Positions 62,305 to 64,000 of a stretch of DNA of 64,000 bases are shown here, one piece after another. Source of the DNA: Auanema rhodensis (taxonomy: Eukaryota; Animalia; Nematoda); the NCBI GenBank assembly GCA_964057225.1, contig OZ059899.1, positions 5,580,001-5,644,000 on the forward strand, written 5' to 3'. The notes beneath the pieces were generated by a model. The model saw nothing but the letters and a program-made list of their open reading frames with translations. It ran no database searches and was not told the DNA's origin. Position 1 is the stretch's first letter, and each line of letters starts with the position of its first letter. The position numbers and the translations under genes are program-made.

Positions 62305-63790
62305 TGTCTTTTCTGGTATTCCTCGTCGTATATCTTTCTATTATCTGTTTCGTTACGGCTTCTTCAACCACTAGCCGTCTCGTATTGTCATCATCTACTA
62401 CTACTGAACCTTATTCGTCTTTATCATCCATTGTTTCGACAACAGTTTTTCCTTTACAAACAACATCATGGTCTATGGTGCCTGTTGTTGCAACAATAAA
62501 TTCTACCAAAGGCAACACTACTGATTCCACAACTGTAGTCATTACAACCTCTAATTCATCAGTTAATGTATCTAATAATCATAATAACCCTGCTACCTAT
62601 TGCTCTTCTTGTCTGTCATTACCTGTGGCCTTAGTATTTGCCCTACTCTTTTCTCTAACTATTCTAGTCGGAGTTTTGGGAAATGCTTTTGTTGTCGCAG
62701 TTATTGTTTCCGATAAGAAGCTACTCTTCTCATCTGTCAACCAATTTTTGTTAAATTTGGCTCTTGCAGATATAGGTAATTCATGTTATTTGTCTTTATT
62801 TCAAACAAGGTTGTGTAAGACAACCCATAATCGTGATAGTTGTAGTAGTAGTAACTATTTTTCTAAGTTTTCGTACCATCACCATTCATTTCTTATCAGG
62901 TAATCTGATTTTCTGTGCTCCCGATATGGCCATGGTTCTTTTGGATCATGGGTGGATATTGCCGGAAAGTTCTTGTCACTATTTACGTTTTCTACAAGAA
63001 TATTTCCTCTATGCTAGTGTGCTTTTGCAGGTCAGTATCGTTAATTCTGTGCGAATTTTCTGAAAATTTCCTAAATTCCTAAATTTCTACCAATTGTTTT
63101 TTTGTTTGTTGTTATTGTTGTTGGTCATATTGGTTGTATGTTATATATTTTATATATCAATCGTATTTTCCATGATTTCCATTTGGCGACAAATTAATAC
63201 ATTTGATATTACATCGATATAACAGAATTATCAAGAAAAACATGAAATCAAACTTAAGTATGAGTTGATTTGCTTGTTGACACATTAAAATTCCATGGTC
63301 GTTTGTGCTTGATCCGACTTATTGCGTGGGAATTTTTAATTGAAGGTAGAGATAGCTCTGCAAACATTTTTGTGGAGCAAAGATGATGAAAAGATATTAA
63401 AATTTTTCTTGATTTTTTCCGAAGGGATAATCAAACGACAAATGACATCTACATTTTAGATGTCAATCGGTATAGAACGTTTCTTGGCAATATGTACTCC
63501 TCTTCGAATGCAACGCTTTTCAACGAAAACTACCGTAAGTGTATTATTCTCGAATTATGTATTGAAATTCACTGATCTAAAATCTTACTAATATATCCAC
63601 AAAAGTATTGACTACATACATATTCAACTATTCTTGTTCAATATCCTGAATTCCAGCTGATTGTTGTTCTGAGCATGTGGTCGATAGCTGCTGCATTTGC
63701 AACACCCTATTTCATCTCTCAGGGAATCATCAGAGTTCCGCGGACAAATCAGAAATACTGCATTTGGAGAGGAATATCGGCTTCAACCAG
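62304..63790 (+). CDS. Class A (rhodopsin-like) GPCR, neuropeptide-receptor-like; 3' part runs off the window
   Basis: Exons 62304-62775, 62900-63030, 63460-63534, 63657-63790. Signal peptide and Ser/Thr-rich stalk, TM1 ...VGVLGNAFVV, TM2 NQFLLNLALADIG, ECL1 GWILPESSC, TM3 ...MSIGIERFLAICTPL (DRY-like ERF), TM4 MWSIAAAFATP and an ECL2 Cys. Confidence 0.9.
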
Positions 63791-64000
63791 GTAAATAGAA
63801 AGGACATAATTCCTTATTTAGATTTTCTTTTGACATCATGTCTTTTGAAAACATATGATGATGAGAGCGTCATATATATCTAAGGTTTCTATACTCAAAA
63901 GGGATAGCGTAGATTCTGCCATACTCCCGAATTTAAGCATGTTCTAGGCATGCACTCCTTGTATATGAAATATAAGTTTGATTCAAGCAAATCTTCTCGC

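Overview
AT-rich eukaryotic genomic DNA that looks like a rhabditid nematode: introns of about 40-60 nt, TTTCAG-type acceptors a few bases before start codons (trans-splicing), and operon-like gene spacing. Bases 1-23,700 are gene-poor and microsatellite-rich, and hold the widely spaced 5' exons of a BIRC6/BRUCE-like E2 (ubc-17-like). From 23.7 kb onward the window is gene-dense. In order it contains the UBC core (+), a MAGE/NSE3 gene (-) whose coding 3' end overlaps the UBC gene, a RYK/LIN-18 receptor (+), a secreted Cys-rich protein (+) and a RECQ1-type helicase (+). Two divergent operon-like clusters then share a ~300-bp spacer: ncbp-2 > UGGT > mrpl-23 on the - strand, and TTF2-like > CMC1-like > TUT1/usip-1-like > ELP3 > class A GPCR on the + strand. 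The most striking structure is at the end. The conserved last ELP3 exon (RKLGYELDGPYMSKTLG*) lies beyond a 2.76-kb intron, and its TGA stop shares a base with the ATG of a signal-peptide-bearing neuropeptide-type GPCR (TGATG, 62302-62306). No intergenic DNA separates the two genes, and the nearest ELP3 poly(A) signal lies inside the GPCR coding sequence. Gene models were assembled by hand from splice signals and remembered family motifs; no database searches were run.
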